Shown: positions 27,790-43,329 of the stretch, in pieces | How positions within the stretch are numbered: the first letter of the stretch is position 1 | Layout of the letters: every line of letters starts with the position of its first letter | Source: Octopus sinensis | Lineage: Eukaryota | DNA length: 64,000 nt | Assembly: GCF_006345805.1 (NCBI RefSeq) | Contig: NC_042998.1 | Location: 60,264,001 to 60,328,000, forward strand | Direction: 5' to 3' | Made by a program: the position numbers and the translations under genes | The notes under the pieces: generated by a model | Database searches by the model: none | Seen by the model: the letters and a program-made list of their open reading frames with translations, nothing else | What the model was told of the DNA's origin: nothing

Positions 27790-30060
27790 TGGAAGGTAAT
27801 CGAAGTACAGGAAGCGATAAAAAACTGCACGAGAGGCAGATCGCCGGGTTTGGATGGTCTGCCCTGCGAGCTTTACATTTCAATGCCAGACTTGTTTGCT
27901 GGCCTCTTGGCAGACGTCTACTGCAAATGGCAGCAAAACGGTAGAATTCCTGCTTTTGTTTGTCGAGGGGTAGTGACACTGCTGAGAAAGGACCCAAACA
28001 AGGAGGACATCATAGGAAACTTCAGGTCCATCACTCTGCTCAATGCAGAGTTGAAGATTTTGCCCAAGGTATTAGCCAAGAGGTTGGCGCTTGTCGTGGA
28101 CAAACTGATCGGCAAGGTGCAAACATGCGCCGTCCCGATCAGGTCTATCCACGACAAACTCCATCTCTTGCACTGCATCATAGAGAGGGTGGATGACGAA
28201 GCTGGTACGAGTGGGGCTTTGATCAGTTTAGATCAGTCTAAAGCCGTCAATAGGGTCGACCATCGATACTTGGCAGCTGTTCTCAAGGCAGCCGGGTTCG
28301 ATCCGGTCTTCTGCGAGTGGATCGCTGCTTTGTACAGCGGCATCTGCTCGGTCATACAGGGGAACGGTCACCTGTCGGAGCCGTTCAGCATCTTGCGTTC
28401 GGTCCGACAAGGATGATCTCTCTTCCCTTTTCTATGTATTGACTCTCGAGCCAATGCTACAGAGGTTGGAGGCTTTGAAGGGTGTCCTGCAAGATCTGGG
28501 ATGCGGGAAGAGCGTGTCTGCCTATGCCGACGACATCGCCGTAATAGTGTGGAGCCACAGGCTTATCGACCTGATTGGCGAGAAACTAAGCGAATACGAG
28601 CGGTGACAGGTGCGAAAATTAGCGCGGAGAAGTCGGTGGGCTTGCAGCTCGGCACCTGGTGAGGCAAGTCTATGCCGTCCAACAGCATCGTGGGCGCTGG
28701 ACAGATGACCCCGTTAAATTGCTCGGGGTCTAGTTCGTCCGGACCTCCAAGTGGAGAAAAACTGGGACGAGTTTACGAACAGGGTGGCCAATCTCACGCA
28801 GAGATGGGCCGAGAAGAAGCTGTCCCTGAAAGGTCAAGCCGAGGTGGCGAATGCGCACATCGCACCCGTCATCTGTTACTGCTTGACCGTCGTCACTTGT
28901 CCCGACTGCTGGTTGACCAGGCTGGTGCACTTACTCTTCCACTTTCTGTGGAAAGGGCAGGTACCACTGGCCAGACGCTCCATCTGCTGTCAACAGCCGC
29001 TGAACGGAGGACTTGGTATGTCGTGGTTGCTGATGCGCAGACATGTGCTCAGGCTACGGCATCTCAAGCATTTCCTGAACGGTCGCCGTTCGTAAGACTT
29101 GCCTTTTCACAGTTTATCTCTTTGACCGAGCTGCAATCTTAGCTCAAGCATAGTCCGAAAAAGGGCGCTTGGCGCCTCGAGTGCCGTCAACCACTCACCG
29201 CCCTCCGCCAGGCAGGCAATGCGATCGGTAGTAGTTCAACTCTAGCGTTCTATAAAAGTTTAGTGGAGGAAAAGTGCGATGACGTTCTCGGGGAAACTCT
29301 AGGCATCGACGATGATCAACAAAGCAGTCGGTTTGGGATAACTTTCGGGACAGGGCCCATGGTTAACTTCCCGAAGTCCCTCGCCTGGCAGTGTTACCGA
29401 GGGGTGCTGCCTGTTCGGGATAAACTTTACAGGCAAGAAATTGCTGTCTGCCGGGCCTGCCCGAGATGCACTCAGAGCGACGAAACCGTTCTCTACGCAC
29501 TCGTCCGGTGCCCGAGTATTGCTGACCTGTCGGTTTATGCCAAACAGCTGCTGTCGCCTGTAGAACGGATCCGGCTATAAGCTGAATCAATAGTGAAGAT
29601 TGCCCCGCCAGCCTCCTTTAACCGGGAGGGGAGGGCAATTTTCATTTGTCTGGCGGCTATAGCGAAAGAGGAGTATGGTGGACCCGTGTGAAAGGGTTAA
29701 AGTCAGACACTTTCCTCTTTGGCCAAGACCTCATCAACTTTTTCAAATTCCAATTGAAAAGGAAGGTGATAGTAGAGAGGTAAGTGTTGTTTTATAGCAA
29801 AGTTGTTGAATGGTGAGTGAATGTCGGAAAATAACCAGTATTGATGGACCATTTCTGCGACCAGGCAACCGTGGCTTTTATGAAATTTTCCACAAGTAAC
29901 CTTCAAAGCGCCTCTTCCTATTGGAAGTTTTCACTTGTTATATTGTTATTTTCTTTACCAAATGTTTAAATGGACATTTTTGTCGAACTCTTTCTATATC
30001 GTTTTGTGTTGTTCTTTAAAGTTTTGATCTATATTAGCTCTTGTGACCAATAAAAAGAAT
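27790..30060 (+). mobile_element. Tx1/L1-clade LINE, 5'-truncated; RT plus C-terminal Cys region, decayed
   Basis: SPGLDGLP, FRSITLLNAELKIL, LDQSKAVNRVDH, VRQG*, AYADDI, CPRC..SDET; AATAAA and (TTA)n tail near 30050. Confidence 0.92.
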
Positions 30061-30344
30061 TTATTATTATTATTACTTTATGTTTGGCTTTTGCTTTACA
30101 TTTGTACAAGTTGGCTCCAAGTCTCACCCAGAGCTCTAAGTTCATGTTGGTGTTATGCCTAGGGTGCCATATATTTGGTTTTGTACATATTGTTGTTCAA
30201 GAGAATGTTTAAGAAACCATAAGAAAATTATGTTTGCTTTAAAACTTGGGATTACATAGAAAGTATTTTACGTAGGATATGGGCAGTTCCTATGAGCATT
30301 ATCTTTTGAATTTCTGCCATTTTGGTGTGTCCTGGTATCTGAGC

Positions 30345-30347
30345 TAG

Positions 30348-30433
<86 letters not shown>

Positions 30434-30568
30434 GCTGTTGTTGTTAGTATTATTATTATTAATATTATTATTATTATTATTATTATTTTATTATTATTAT
30501 TATTATCATCATCATCATTATCATTATTATTGTTATTATTATTATCATTATTATTACTATTATTATTA

Positions 30569-30608
<40 letters not shown>

Positions 30609-30690
30609 CATTATTATCATTATGATTATTATTATTATTTTTATTATTATTATTATTATCATTATTATTATTATTATTATTATTATTACT
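30345..30690. repeat. Compound (TTA)n/(TTG)n/(TCA)n microsatellite
   Basis: Direct reading. Confidence 0.97.
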
Positions 30691-30900
30691 AAAGCAGCAA
30701 GCTGACAAAATCGTTGGCACACCGGGGAAAATGCTTAGCAGTATTTCGTCCGTTTTTTACGTTCTGAGCTCAAATTCCGCAGAGTTCGACTTTTCCTTTC
30801 ATTCTTTTGGAGTTGAGAAGTATCCGTTGAGCACTGACGTCATTGTAATCAACTTACCCCAACCCCAGAAATTGCTGGCTTTGTGCCAAAATTTATAGCC
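30690..30900 (+). mobile_element. SINE family A
   Basis: GCAAGCTGACAAAATCGTTGGC...CTGAGCTCAAATTCCGC. Confidence 0.85.
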
Positions 30901-31979
30901 ATTATGATTATCGTTGCTGTTGTATTCTGAGTTGAAATGTCACCGAAAATTATTGAATTGACAAGTTTTACTTGTTTTAATAGCAATCTGCATTAGGTAG
31001 ACAGAAAGTCTGTTTCAAACATCACTTTAAATCTTTTTTGCTGTGTTTACAATAATTTTCAATGCAGCTTCCTCTATAACAGGAGCAGTAAAAGCTAGTA
31101 AACGAACAAAGAGGATATCAGAATACCACTGAATACTTTCCTTTAGAAGATAACAGTCGCTTAATCTTTGACTACACAGAAGTGAATTAATAAACAGAAT
31201 TCAAAAAACAAATAACTATAAAACAGATTCACTTTAGTACAGACGGTTACAATTTAATATTGAAGACGCAAAATTTACGCGACATAATAACAAAATGAAA
31301 CAATGTGCACATGCGCACACATACACTCGCAGTTTACGCGCACACATACACACACGAATGTAATAACGAAGAAACATCATTGGTTTTAGCTCTCATCAAG
31401 CTGCCGATAAGAGGCAATTTTTTGGACATGAACTAACTAACCGAGAAAATTATTCACTTCATTGAATTGTTTAATCAGAAGTGTATTTCGTTTCCAGTCT
31501 TTCATTGAGGAGAGAAAAGAAAAAGGGAGAGAGAGAGAGAAAAAAAAGCAGAGAGAGAAACAGAGAGACACAGAGAAGAAAGGGAATGCTGCCTACATCT
31601 AAGCGAGAAAAGCAGAGCGAGCTGTTTTTTTTTTCCTCTTATTTTTTCTTTTTTCACAAAAGAGCAATTAGAGGTAACCCAACCCAATACGTAGGGTAAT
31701 ATCTTCTCTGTCGTTCGAGAAAAGAGCTTAAAACCGCGCAGATCTATGAGTCCGAGCTGGTATATTACATACCTACACAAACATCTGTACTACAGGACTT
31801 TCGTCGATTATTTACGAGAGCCATATTCAAGAATATATGGCCGTTGGCTAATATCCTCACATTTATGGGGCTATACTGGCAAAGGATGAGTACCAAGACA
31901 AAAAAGAAACAACGTATGATTGGATGGGGGCTCAATGAACATGCAGAACACAAAGAACCGGGGGAAAATCAGTAAGACA

Positions 31980-32400
31980 ACCCGTCTAAAAGAGGTTGTG
32001 TGATGGACGTGACCGAAAAAGCTGAAGACACACACTTTCTACTTAGGCCAAAAGTTTTCAACATTTTCAGGTTTCGAGAGAGGAAACTGGGGATGCAGAG
32101 GTAAGTGCTGCCTTCCTGTAAATTCGTTGAAAGGTAGATGAGAGTAGTGAGCATAGTCTGAGTGAAATGGACCTGCGGTCAGTTGGGAAGGACAATTTCT
32201 TAAATGGTCAGTGTAACCGTATATTTGTGAAATTCTCAGAGAGCCCTTGATAGTCTTTTCTCTTATAAAAATTTTCTTTTATAAAAAATTTATTGCTACT
32301 GTATTGTTTTAGTTTAAATTTTTTGTATACTTTCTAATACCCCTGTTTTGTTCTCTACCCGTCTTTTGCGTCTTTTATGAGGTCAAATAAAGAAATCATC
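31980..32400 (+). mobile_element. 3' end of a second Tx1-like LINE
   Basis: Similar to 29690-30050 (TTTTCAGGTTTC...AGAGGTAAGTG); AAATAAAG followed by an (ATC)n tail. Confidence 0.6.
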
Positions 32401-34735
32401 ATTATCATCATCATCATTATTATTATCATTGTTATTGTCGTTTTTGTTGTTGCTGCTGCTGCTGTTGTTGTTGTTGTTACTATTGTTTTCAGCGTGTTAT
32501 TTTAACTCACGCTATTGACTAATCATTGACTTGGCTTTTGGCACGGATTTTGATAATTAAGATGATTTTTTTTCTTTTTACTGCCAGATTCCTGTTTTCA
32601 AAACACCAGAATTATATTCAATTAATTATCCCCCCGTTTCAATGAAAAGGCTATTCTATTGAGCATTTTATTTGTTTTTAGTTCAACATTGATGTCGTTG
32701 CATGTTTAACACCTTTTCCTAGAGTTTGGAATAATATTTTTACAATACAGTGGATTAATATTTTTACATGTATAACTATTTTACAAAGCAAGTGAGTTTT
32801 ATTGTTTTCCACTAACGGAAACTTTACATCAATTATATTTCTTCTTTCTGTACTTATTTTTATTTTATTTTATTTATTTATTTTTCGTACGGCCTGATTC
32901 ATAATGGCTTGAGAAATGCACAGAAAAAAATATAGTTTTAATGTGCACAGAGCGAACAGACATAAATAAGCTTGCTGTGCAACCAGATATTCATTTTTCA
33001 CACACAGAAAATATATTTTCAGAAGATAATATTTTAAGTGTTTCTGAACGTTTGCTCGGCTACAACAAAAACAAAGTACCCTGTAGCATTGATCCTAACA
33101 CATATTTATTCAGTGTTACACTATACCTTTTTGCCAATTTTGCACTTTTTATGAATTACCTTCAACATTCAGTTGTTGTATACGAATTGGATGATGAATC
33201 AGTGACAAAATTGCTTTCATAAATACTCCGTCGCCTTGACAAAAAATTTCACGCAGGATTTGACAGAGCCAAAACTAATTTATCTTTGTCTCGTAGAAGG
33301 AAACTTTTCTGTACCCTCAAAAGATCAGATAATGTAAGTTCTCACAGATATATGAACTAGTATGTTATACATAGCAAAGCTATACATACATCATTTGTCT
33401 TACTTTCGAAACTGAAGATGAGGCTTGAAGACAAGCAGAGATTTCACGTGAAACACAGCTGAGATGCTTTTGCCTGTGTTACTCTTTGGCTATTCCCTGT
33501 ACAGAAACCTATAATGGAAAAGTAGATAACAAAGAGGCAGATGACGCCGCTCAAGGCAGTGCCATCTCATCATTTGAGATGAGCAGGAGAAGATGGAGAG
33601 AAAACAAATAGAGCAAAATGTTTTCAAGAAACATTGAAAGAAAACTAGGCAGAAGATCTAACAAAGCCGACCTGATTTTTACAGTGCTTCACATAGAAAA
33701 TTAACCAATAATTGGACGAGTTAAACGAATTGCAGGAAGGCATCAGAAAACGAAATGTGTAAATATGAGAAGAAAGGAGATCACACGCTATTTGGAACAT
33801 GCTTGAGAAGACTGGGCAACAAAGAAAATTTCCGTGTATTTGAAATGCAATTTTCTTAACAACTATCACCATTTGGGCGTTTTCTTTCTCACTAGTGACA
33901 CCCGAACTGCTCAAATGCAGTCAAGTGTTAGGATCAACGCTATCGACTAATTTCTTGCTATCAAAATTTATGGTCTTGAGACTAATTCAAAAACAATTAT
34001 TATCAACGTGACTGAAAAGGCTGAAGACAGATATTTTCCTCTTATCAACTTCTTTAAGCTTCGAATGAAAAAGAAAATAAAAGTTGAAAGAGAAACACTG
34101 CCGTCTAGCACATGCATATGTGTGTATATTTATGTGCCTTTGTGTTTATCTCCTCACACACCACTACACAAGCGGTGTTCATCCATCTATATTCCCATAA
34201 CTTATCGTTCGGAAAAATAGACCAACAGAATAAGTACCAGACTTTAAAAGAATATATATTGGAGTCGATTTGTTTGACTGAACCTTCCTAGGCTATGTTC
34301 CAGCATGCCCGCAGTCTGATGAATGAAAGAAGTAAAAGAACAAACCCGATACTACCACTTTTCATTGTTTGATTTTTTTTTTCTGCACATGCCACAGAAA
34401 ATGCTATAGAATTTCTTTGCTATAGTATTGCTATAGTTTTGCTATAGAATTACATAGTTTCCTTCAAGTAGTGTTTATGTACATTTGGGAATGTTGTAGG
34501 TTTACTGCATTTTCAATAAACGTGTATTTTTTTTCAATAATTCAAATAACTTATCTCCTGGACAAAACGGTGATTTATCTTTCACTGACATTGAAGTATC
34601 TGGTGGCAAATTAGGACTCTGAAACATTAAATTCTTCAATCGAGGTATTAGTCTGCAATGCATATAACATTGATAAGAAATAGATATCAACAATACACAA
34701 GTTACATGTACACGCTTCTCTTGGTCTTAAATGTG

Positions 34736-34781
<46 letters not shown>

Positions 34782-36079
34782 GTGTGTGTGTGTGTATTTA
34801 TGTATGTATGTATGCATGTATGTATGCATGTATGTATGTATGTATGTATGTATGTATGTATGCACGTATGTATGTATGTATGTATGCATGTATGTATGTA
34901 TGCATGTGTGTATGTATGTATATATGTATGTATGTACGTAAACTGATCTTTATTTCAGAAAATGTACTGCACAAGAGTAAAGCATGTTTCTACATCAGTA
35001 AATTCTTATTTTTAACCTCCAAAATCTCATTTCCAGACACAAGGGAGGGAATAAGCTGACAGCCGGATGCTTGTATGCTTATATTCATTAAGAATGTGTA
35101 GAACCAGAATGAAAAAGTGGGATATCATGTAATTGGAGAGATGTGGGATCGAGTGTCTTCAGAATGATGAGCACAATTTTCACAGGTGATTTGCACTCTG
35201 AGTGTTATAATGCTGAAGCAAACAGTAGTGATTGCGAATAACTGAATCTACTGTGCAACAGCAACAGTTATTAAGTATAGAATTATTGAAATCACATCTA
35301 CCTGACATTGAGGTGATGTTGAGATATTGTTACATTTTAGATTTTACTGTAGATAGGGTATTCATAGTCCATGAAAAGTTGTCAGAAATATATACATCAG
35401 GAAATTCTTTTTTCTAAATCAAAAACATGCAGGGAAGACAACCCTGTGCTTTTAAACAAAACTGCTAGGTTCCCTATATTATGTATATCAGCACCGGCCT
35501 TACAAATCTCACTTTCTTTCCACAAACATTGGCTCTGTTGGTGAGAAAGATAGCCGTCCAAAATACCGGCCAATAGAAAAGTCAAGATTGTTAGAATATT
35601 AGCCGACTCATCTACACAATGTCTTTTCCCTTGAAAATTGTAATAATTATTCTCTGCATTTTGCTAAAGTTTTTATTACAAAAATGACTTATATAGTCTT
35701 CTCTAAAATTACTTCCGGGACATTATTTTATGGATTCTTTTGTTATCTTCTGGATTCTTATTTTTATATCGGATAACAGTCACTGGATATCATCTATATA
35801 GTTAGGTTTATCACCATCTACTTACAAATCATAGTAACATCATAAACGAATTTTTTATGTAATAATCTATGGAACATTAACACTGACTCCTTATTGGTGT
35901 GTGTCACTGTTACATGCGATTCTATGTATGTATCTATATAGTTCATATACATACATCCTCATATACATACACACTCACACACTCATACACACACACATAT
36001 ATATATATATGTACATATACGTGTGTCTGTGTATGTGTATCTGTGTCTGTGTGTGTACATTATATATGTACACACACAC

Positions 36080-36145
<66 letters not shown>

Positions 36146-36148
<3 letters not shown>

Positions 36149-36230
36149 AATCGAAGAACTTGGTTGGGAAAAAATTCCTCATCCACCTCATTCTCCCGAC
36201 CTTACTCCTTCAGACTACCATTTCGTAGTT
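36146..36230 (+). mobile_element. Mariner transposase micro-fragment
   Basis: EELGWEKIPHPPHSPDLTPSDYH. Confidence 0.8.
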
Positions 36231-37019
36231 TGACCTCTTGACTGAAACAGCTGTAAGAAACTGCTCTTTTTTCTCTATTTTAGAAATTACTAATACTTCA
36301 TACATGTATTTGTATATTATCTGAACTGTTTAAAATAAATAAATAGAAATAATATGATGTCTAACAACTGATGGATAATACCTCTGGATTCCCTCCATTT
36401 TCTTCTTGTCATGTACATTTATGTGTAAATGTATGGCACAAACACACACTTACATACACTAGGTTTCTTCAAAGTTTTCATCAAACAGCTTCACCCACAA
36501 TGCATTGATTGGTCCGCGGCTATAGTGGATGACATTTGAACTCAAAACCACATAGCTGCAACGCAAGCTTCTTAACTACACTGCCATTCCAAGACCTATG
36601 TTCATCAAATAAAAAAACTCTGAAACAAGATGAACTCTTGATTAAATCTTACGTAAATAGATTAGTTCTTCATAAAAATAGAGAGTTAACAAAAACAGAG
36701 AATAATATCTCTCCTGCTTTTCTGCTTTAATTTTCTACTGTTTGCATAATTACATATGGAAAGCACAGCAATTCTGGCTTTTTTTTGTGAATGGCTTCCT
36801 TAATTACTGACAATCTGGCTTTAATTTTACTTCATAATTGATTGCTTGTTTGCTTGTTTTGTCTATTGTTTTGTTTTGTTGTAATTCTTAGTTATTTAGG
36901 ATTTTCATTAACAAATGACATTTGCTAAAACCTCCAGATTTACAAGCAATACAAGCTCTCCATCAGAGTTAACTATCACTTACACAATAAATATAGGATA
37001 TTTCTCTCACTTCTCACAC

Positions 37020-37700
<681 letters not shown>

Positions 37701-38231
37701 ATAGACAATAAAACAATGAAGCCACATGTTTCAGATGCAAGGAATTTTGTTGGTTATACGTGCATTACTTCATAGGAAAGGCCTGCTTCCTCTTCAGACA
37801 ACTGACGACCTGGTAACAGAAATGGATTTCTGTTACCTCAGTAGTCAGGGAATGAAGGCGTTTGCTATGACGTAATGCGTACATAATCAATAGAAACACT
37901 TGTTGCTGAATCATTTGCAACACGGATTGAACGGTTATCGTTCATTCTTATAATTTTACTGCATATATTCACAGCAGGCTAAAGGTAACTAATGTTACAA
38001 CTACGATTAGAGTTATGAAATGTTATCTTTTCAAAATTGTTCCAAATTTTGTAACGAAAGAATGGAATACTATTGCTAGTCTCCTCTAATGGTAAACTTA
38101 TCGGTGCCATGATAGATCGTTAGCCATGCTAGTCTCCTCTAATGGTAAACTTATCGGCGCCATGATAGATCGTTAGCCACTACACACATTTTTTTCTCTC
38201 CTTGTTTCTCTCTTTGTTTTTCCTGTGTCCC

Positions 38232-38265
38232 TTTCTGTAGAAGAGCGTAGGCTCGAAACGTAAAA
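38232..38265 (+). ncRNA. Minimal hammerhead-like motif with non-canonical core (CUGUAGA)
   Basis: UUU|CUGUAGA|A|GAGC-GUAG-GCUC|GAA|ACGU|A|AAA; stem III is a 4-nt palindrome; A6 replaced by U. Confidence 0.5.
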
Positions 38266-39089
38266 TACTTTTTCTATTCCTGAGCGTTATACTAATACAT
38301 CTGTTTGTTTTGTACACCACCTGTCTTCGTCTTTTGTTTTTTTATTGTAAACACCCACCAAAAATAATGTGGTTTAGTGAAATAAGGTTGGAGACAGGAG
38401 CTGACTGGTGATCTGTATAAATAATATTAATCTCGGTCTGAGTTTCCAATCATAAGTTTCCAGCTGTTCAATTAACTAAACTATCAGGTTCGTTGATTTG
38501 GCATGTAAGTGGTTGAGTATTCCACAAACATGTGTTTCCTAAATGTAATTCTTAGGCAGAATAAGTATAACACGGGTTGACAAGGCTGGGCCTTTGAATT
38601 ACATGTAGAATCCACCCAACGTGCTTCTATGCAACACTAATTAATAGCAGTGAAATAGACTTTCATGATGTATGTGCATTAAGTATGCTAAATAGATTGC
38701 TATTTTAAACTAATACTCCATCTACTGCGTATAGCCAAATATACCTTTGTATGTGTATGGGTATACACGCACACACATATACATACACACATACAGTATA
38801 TATATGCACACATACATATACATATACAAACATATACATGCATGCACATATATATATGTATATATGTATGCATGTATATATATGTGTGTGTGTGTAGGGA
38901 GAATTTACATGAGAGTAAGTCAAATTTTTATCCGCACTTTCGCAATGGCATTTCTTTATTATTGTCACACTGCTTTCTGCGCATTCGTGCTTATAGTTGG
39001 CATTATTGTGGTCACGTGATCGATGTTTGAGCCTCTTCACATCATTTTTTTTTTCTGCCTTTACAGTGTAAGCAAGGCCGCTCCACTAG

Positions 39090-40130
39090 CAATGTGCACC
39101 AAAGAAGAATAAAGAGCAGTGATCCGCTTTCTCTAGTCGGAAGGTGTGTCAGGTGCTGAAATTCATCGAAGGGTTTTAACACAATACGAGGACAGTGCAC
39201 TACCGCGAAGTTTGTATGAGTAGATCGAGAAGTTTAAAAAACGCCGGACAAGCGTGACGCACGAAGATGTAGCAGGAAGCCTGTCAACCTCCACCTCTAA
39301 CGAGAAGATTCAGCAAGCTCGAGAGATGGTAATGATGAACTGGATTCTCTGCATGGATCTGCTTATCAAATCATCCCAGATGAGCTCGGCTTCCATAAAG
39401 TCTGTGCAAGATAGGTGCCAAGAGAGCTTACTGTAGAGCACAAGCGCAAGCGTCTTCAGGTCTGCCAACGTTTACTCAATCGCTACACTAATGAGGACGG
39501 AGAATTATTTGGTAGAATAGTCACAGGTGATGAAAAGTAAGTCTATCATTATGAGGCAGAATCCAAAAGACATAGTATGGATTAGAAATATTCTGGCTCA
39601 CTGGTGACGGAGAAATTCAAGACTCAGTCTTCTGCGGGAAAGGTGATGCTAACCCTTCTTTGAAAAGGGCCTATACTGGAAGATAACCTGAAAAAGGGGT
39701 GTACGATCAACAGTACAAGACACAGTACCTTGCCGGCCAACAAACTGAAGCCAACAATTCGCACCAAATGCCGAAGCCTACAGTTGAAGAAAGTTTTGTT
39801 GTTGCATGAAAATGCACGCCCACACACGGCCGCCTAGACCGTTGAAATCATTAACCAATTGAGTTTTGAGGTGATGGAACACCTTACCTACAGCCCAGAT
39901 GTCACTCTTGTTGAATATCATAGCACAAAGATGGATTACAATGTCATCGATTTCCTACGGATGAAGATGTAGAGGAAGCGCAGCATAAATAGTTGCACGA
40001 CCAACCGAAAAAACTTCTTCTTGGAGGGAATATGCAAGCTTGTAGACCGGTGGACCAATTTGCATCAAAAAGGAAGGAGACTGTATATAAAAATGACGTA
40101 CTTGTTTATCACCCGCTTTTGTGTAACATT
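39090..40130 (+). mobile_element. Decayed mariner (DD34D) transposon
   Basis: MCTKEE*RAVIRFL, IVTGDEK, HYEAESKR, KTQSSAGKVML, LHENARPHT, YSPD; multiple stops. Confidence 0.9.
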
Positions 40131-40420
40131 GAAAAAACAGGAGTGCGTATAATTATATATTCGTATTGAAGCACTCGGCGCGAATGCCAAGCAGTACAGC
40201 ATGTCGTCTCCAAATTTCTGACAGAGCGAATTGCGTCATGGTGCTGTTTTTCTAACACACAGTGCCCAACTGACCCTACTAGACTGTGTAGCTGACAAAA
40301 AGCAAAGCGCATGCGCGAAAATAAGAATATAAAATGGCGACAATTTACGCATTGTACCCTGTCGGGAGCGCGTTAGCCAGGGTGTCTGTGTGTTCCTAGT
40401 AATCAGTGCTGTATACTTAC

Positions 40421-40548
40421 GTAATAGTAGAGAAGTAACTGAGAAATATCTTTGATTCATAGTTTTCCACCTCTCTGAACTGTACAGCTTGGCCACCGAA
40501 GTAGTCATCTAGCTCCACAGCCTTCAGTGCAGCCAATCCAGCTTCATC
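40421..40548 (-). CDS. Gelsolin/villin-like gene, exon 2 (G1 long helix)
   Basis: ttttgtttcAG / GTAAGT; 128 nt, phase 0 to 2; [42 protein letters not shown](T), the canonical G1 signature. Confidence 0.97.
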
Positions 40549-40978
40549 CTGAAACAAAATCAATGTCATTAATATCATCATCATCATCATCATCATCATT
40601 ATTGTCATCATCAATAGCAGCAGCATTACTACAAGAGTCAAGAACATTAACTATAATCAAAATCGACAGAAACTTCATATTTTATATCAAATTGTACGGT
40701 ACTTGCTACATATCCGTATCATGCTCGCGCCTACACCCCGCACAGACACACACACATGTACGTGCTTCCCAAACACCTTTCCTCATTCATTACATTTTTT
40801 CCAACCGCCATTTCTTCTGAGAAGAGAGCAGCATCTGAAATATCAGGATTCTCTCATTTTATCTTATGTATACACACATAGACATGTGTGTGTATGTGTG
40901 TGTGTACATGTGTTTGTGTCTATCCGTCTGTCTGTGTCTCTGTGTGTCTGTGCGTGTGTGAGTATGTGGTGTGTACAT

Positions 40979-41027
<49 letters not shown>

Positions 41028-41070
41028 CATACATAGATATATACATATATACATACACACCACACACACA

Positions 41071-41139
<69 letters not shown>

Positions 41140-41161
41140 TTATATATAAAGATAATAGAGA

Positions 41162-41598
41162 GATACTATTGAAAATCCAATAAGTTATTTATATTACATT
41201 ACATCATATACTGTGATTATAATATAACATACCGTAATATTACATAACATAAAAAAAATATTAAAAAACCATAAAAGGCCAACAAATTGTCTCGACTTAT
41301 ATATATATTTTTCTGATATACATAATAACAGTTCCTTTATATATAAAGTTACTTCACGGTCATTGTTTAAATATATTTAAACCATTTAAATCATGACCCT
41401 GAAATTACTTTATATATAAGGGAACTCTTATTATGTACGTACGTCAGAAAAAATATATATAAGCTGAAACAATATGTAGGCCTTTTAAGGTTTTTAATGA
41501 TTGTTTATGTTATACAATATCATGGTATGTTATATTATATTAATAGTATATTAAGTAATATTATGATGTAAGTAAATTATTCGATTTTCAATAGTATC
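41162..41598. repeat. Imperfect 437-bp palindrome abutting (TA)n
   Basis: GATACTATTGAAAATC ... GATTTTCAATAGTATC; centre near 41380. Confidence 0.9.
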
Positions 41599-41867
41599 AC
41601 TCTATTGAATTTATCTTTATAATTGCAGCAGGGAATTTTGTCAGTGAAAAGGTTGCGATATCACAGCGACAAAAATATTTTGGCAAATTAAATTTAAATG
41701 CTGAAGTGAATCTAACGGGTTTTATGTTTTGCCAAATGGCTTATAGATACCTTCCACGCTGCAATTTATAATTGTATTATACCAATATTTACATGGTATT
41801 CAACTGATGCGCCAGTGTGTTGAATGTTTAACACACCTCTTTGAAGGATTTCTTTTCCTCGGTTTGC

Positions 41868-41909
<42 letters not shown>

Positions 41910-41913
<4 letters not shown>

Positions 41914-42286
41914 GTAAAAGTAATATGTGACAATTATTCGGTAGCCATGATGAAACTCCGAGTTTTGGATGCCGAGGTGGAAATCCACGCCGCCATCTCT
42001 TCAGTTATCCGGCCATCGGAAAAATGCTATGAAAAATGACCGTTATACAAAGGGAAATTACTATGTGATTGACCGTTATTAAGACAAAAGAGCTATTTGA
42101 ATGACCGCTACGTGAGGGGAGAGAGTAAAAGTAAGGGGATAAAACAGTTCATAGTATTCGCGTAAGCACGCATGTTAATACCTACACATGCGCGCCCGCA
42201 CACCCACGTACATGCACCTAAAAGTATACACTCATCCACCCTCACTTGAAACGTACACAACCTCACCCGCACCATTCGCCAAATAT

Positions 42287-42290
<4 letters not shown>
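41910..42290 (-). mobile_element. Single-arm copy of the 55.4-56.0 kb hammerhead element; core mutated (GAAA to AAAA)
   Basis: Reverse complement aligns with 55640-55990; CUGAAGA retained at 41998-42004. Confidence 0.8.
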
Positions 42291-42329
<39 letters not shown>

Positions 42330-42501
42330 GTACACAAACCCACACACACACACGCGCACCAAGAAGATTTCATACACATGTCTATATACGCAGAAAGACA
42401 AAAAATCACAGTTCTAAGGGTAACAATACCTACATATATATATGTATATTATATATATATATATATGTGTGTGTGCATGTGTGTGTGTGTCTGTGGTGTG
42501 A

Positions 42502-42533
<32 letters not shown>

Positions 42534-42591
42534 AAAGACGAAGACAGGTATATGTGCGACAAGCAAGTGTATTAGTAGTGACACTCGGGAT

Positions 42592-42636
<45 letters not shown>

Positions 42637-42708
42637 ATATATATATACATATAAATATATATGTATGTATGTATATATGTATGTATGTATGTGTGTATAT
42701 GTATATAT

Positions 42709-42761
<53 letters not shown>

Positions 42762-42988
42762 ATGCATGTATGTATATGTATATGTATATATATATGCATA
42801 TAAGTCACGTTAACGGCTCCTTGTGAAAATTACATAGACGCGGCACGAGGCCGAAAGACTGGCCGTTATGTAAACCTCCTCGAGGAATGTGAAGACCCTA
42901 TACATTTACATTGGAGTCATTTCCTGATGACCCTATAACTCTTACTTTGGAGTACCCCAATAGGCAAATATATTTCATAAGGTTTATA

Positions 42989-43022
<34 letters not shown>

Positions 43023-43215
43023 AGAATAGGCAGATTTACTTCATAAGGATTATAAAATATATATATATACATATATACATACATATATATATATATAATA
43101 TATATGTATGTATATAGTAGAAGAATTTAGTAGAAGAAATAGCTATAACTCTTTGACTGCTATTTCTAATTCGGTATGTGGTAAGGCAATTCGTTGCTAA
43201 ACCCTTTATTGCTTA

Positions 43216-43294
<79 letters not shown>

Positions 43295-43329
43295 ATGTAT
43301 GTATGTATGGTATGTATGTATGTATGTAT

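Noticed and set aside
31115-31152. KRLLSSKGK, resembling gelsolin RLLHVKG
   Set aside because: Weak donor, stop follows, and the true motif (KLWHVKGK) is in exon 3.
33404-33508. Minus-strand exon-like segment (ccattatAG ... GTAAGA)
   Set aside because: All frames contain stops, and exon 2 already splices in phase to 26810.
37802-37848. Hairpin starting with CUGACGA
   Set aside because: The core itself is base-paired in a simple palindrome and no GAAA follows; only a small hairpin.
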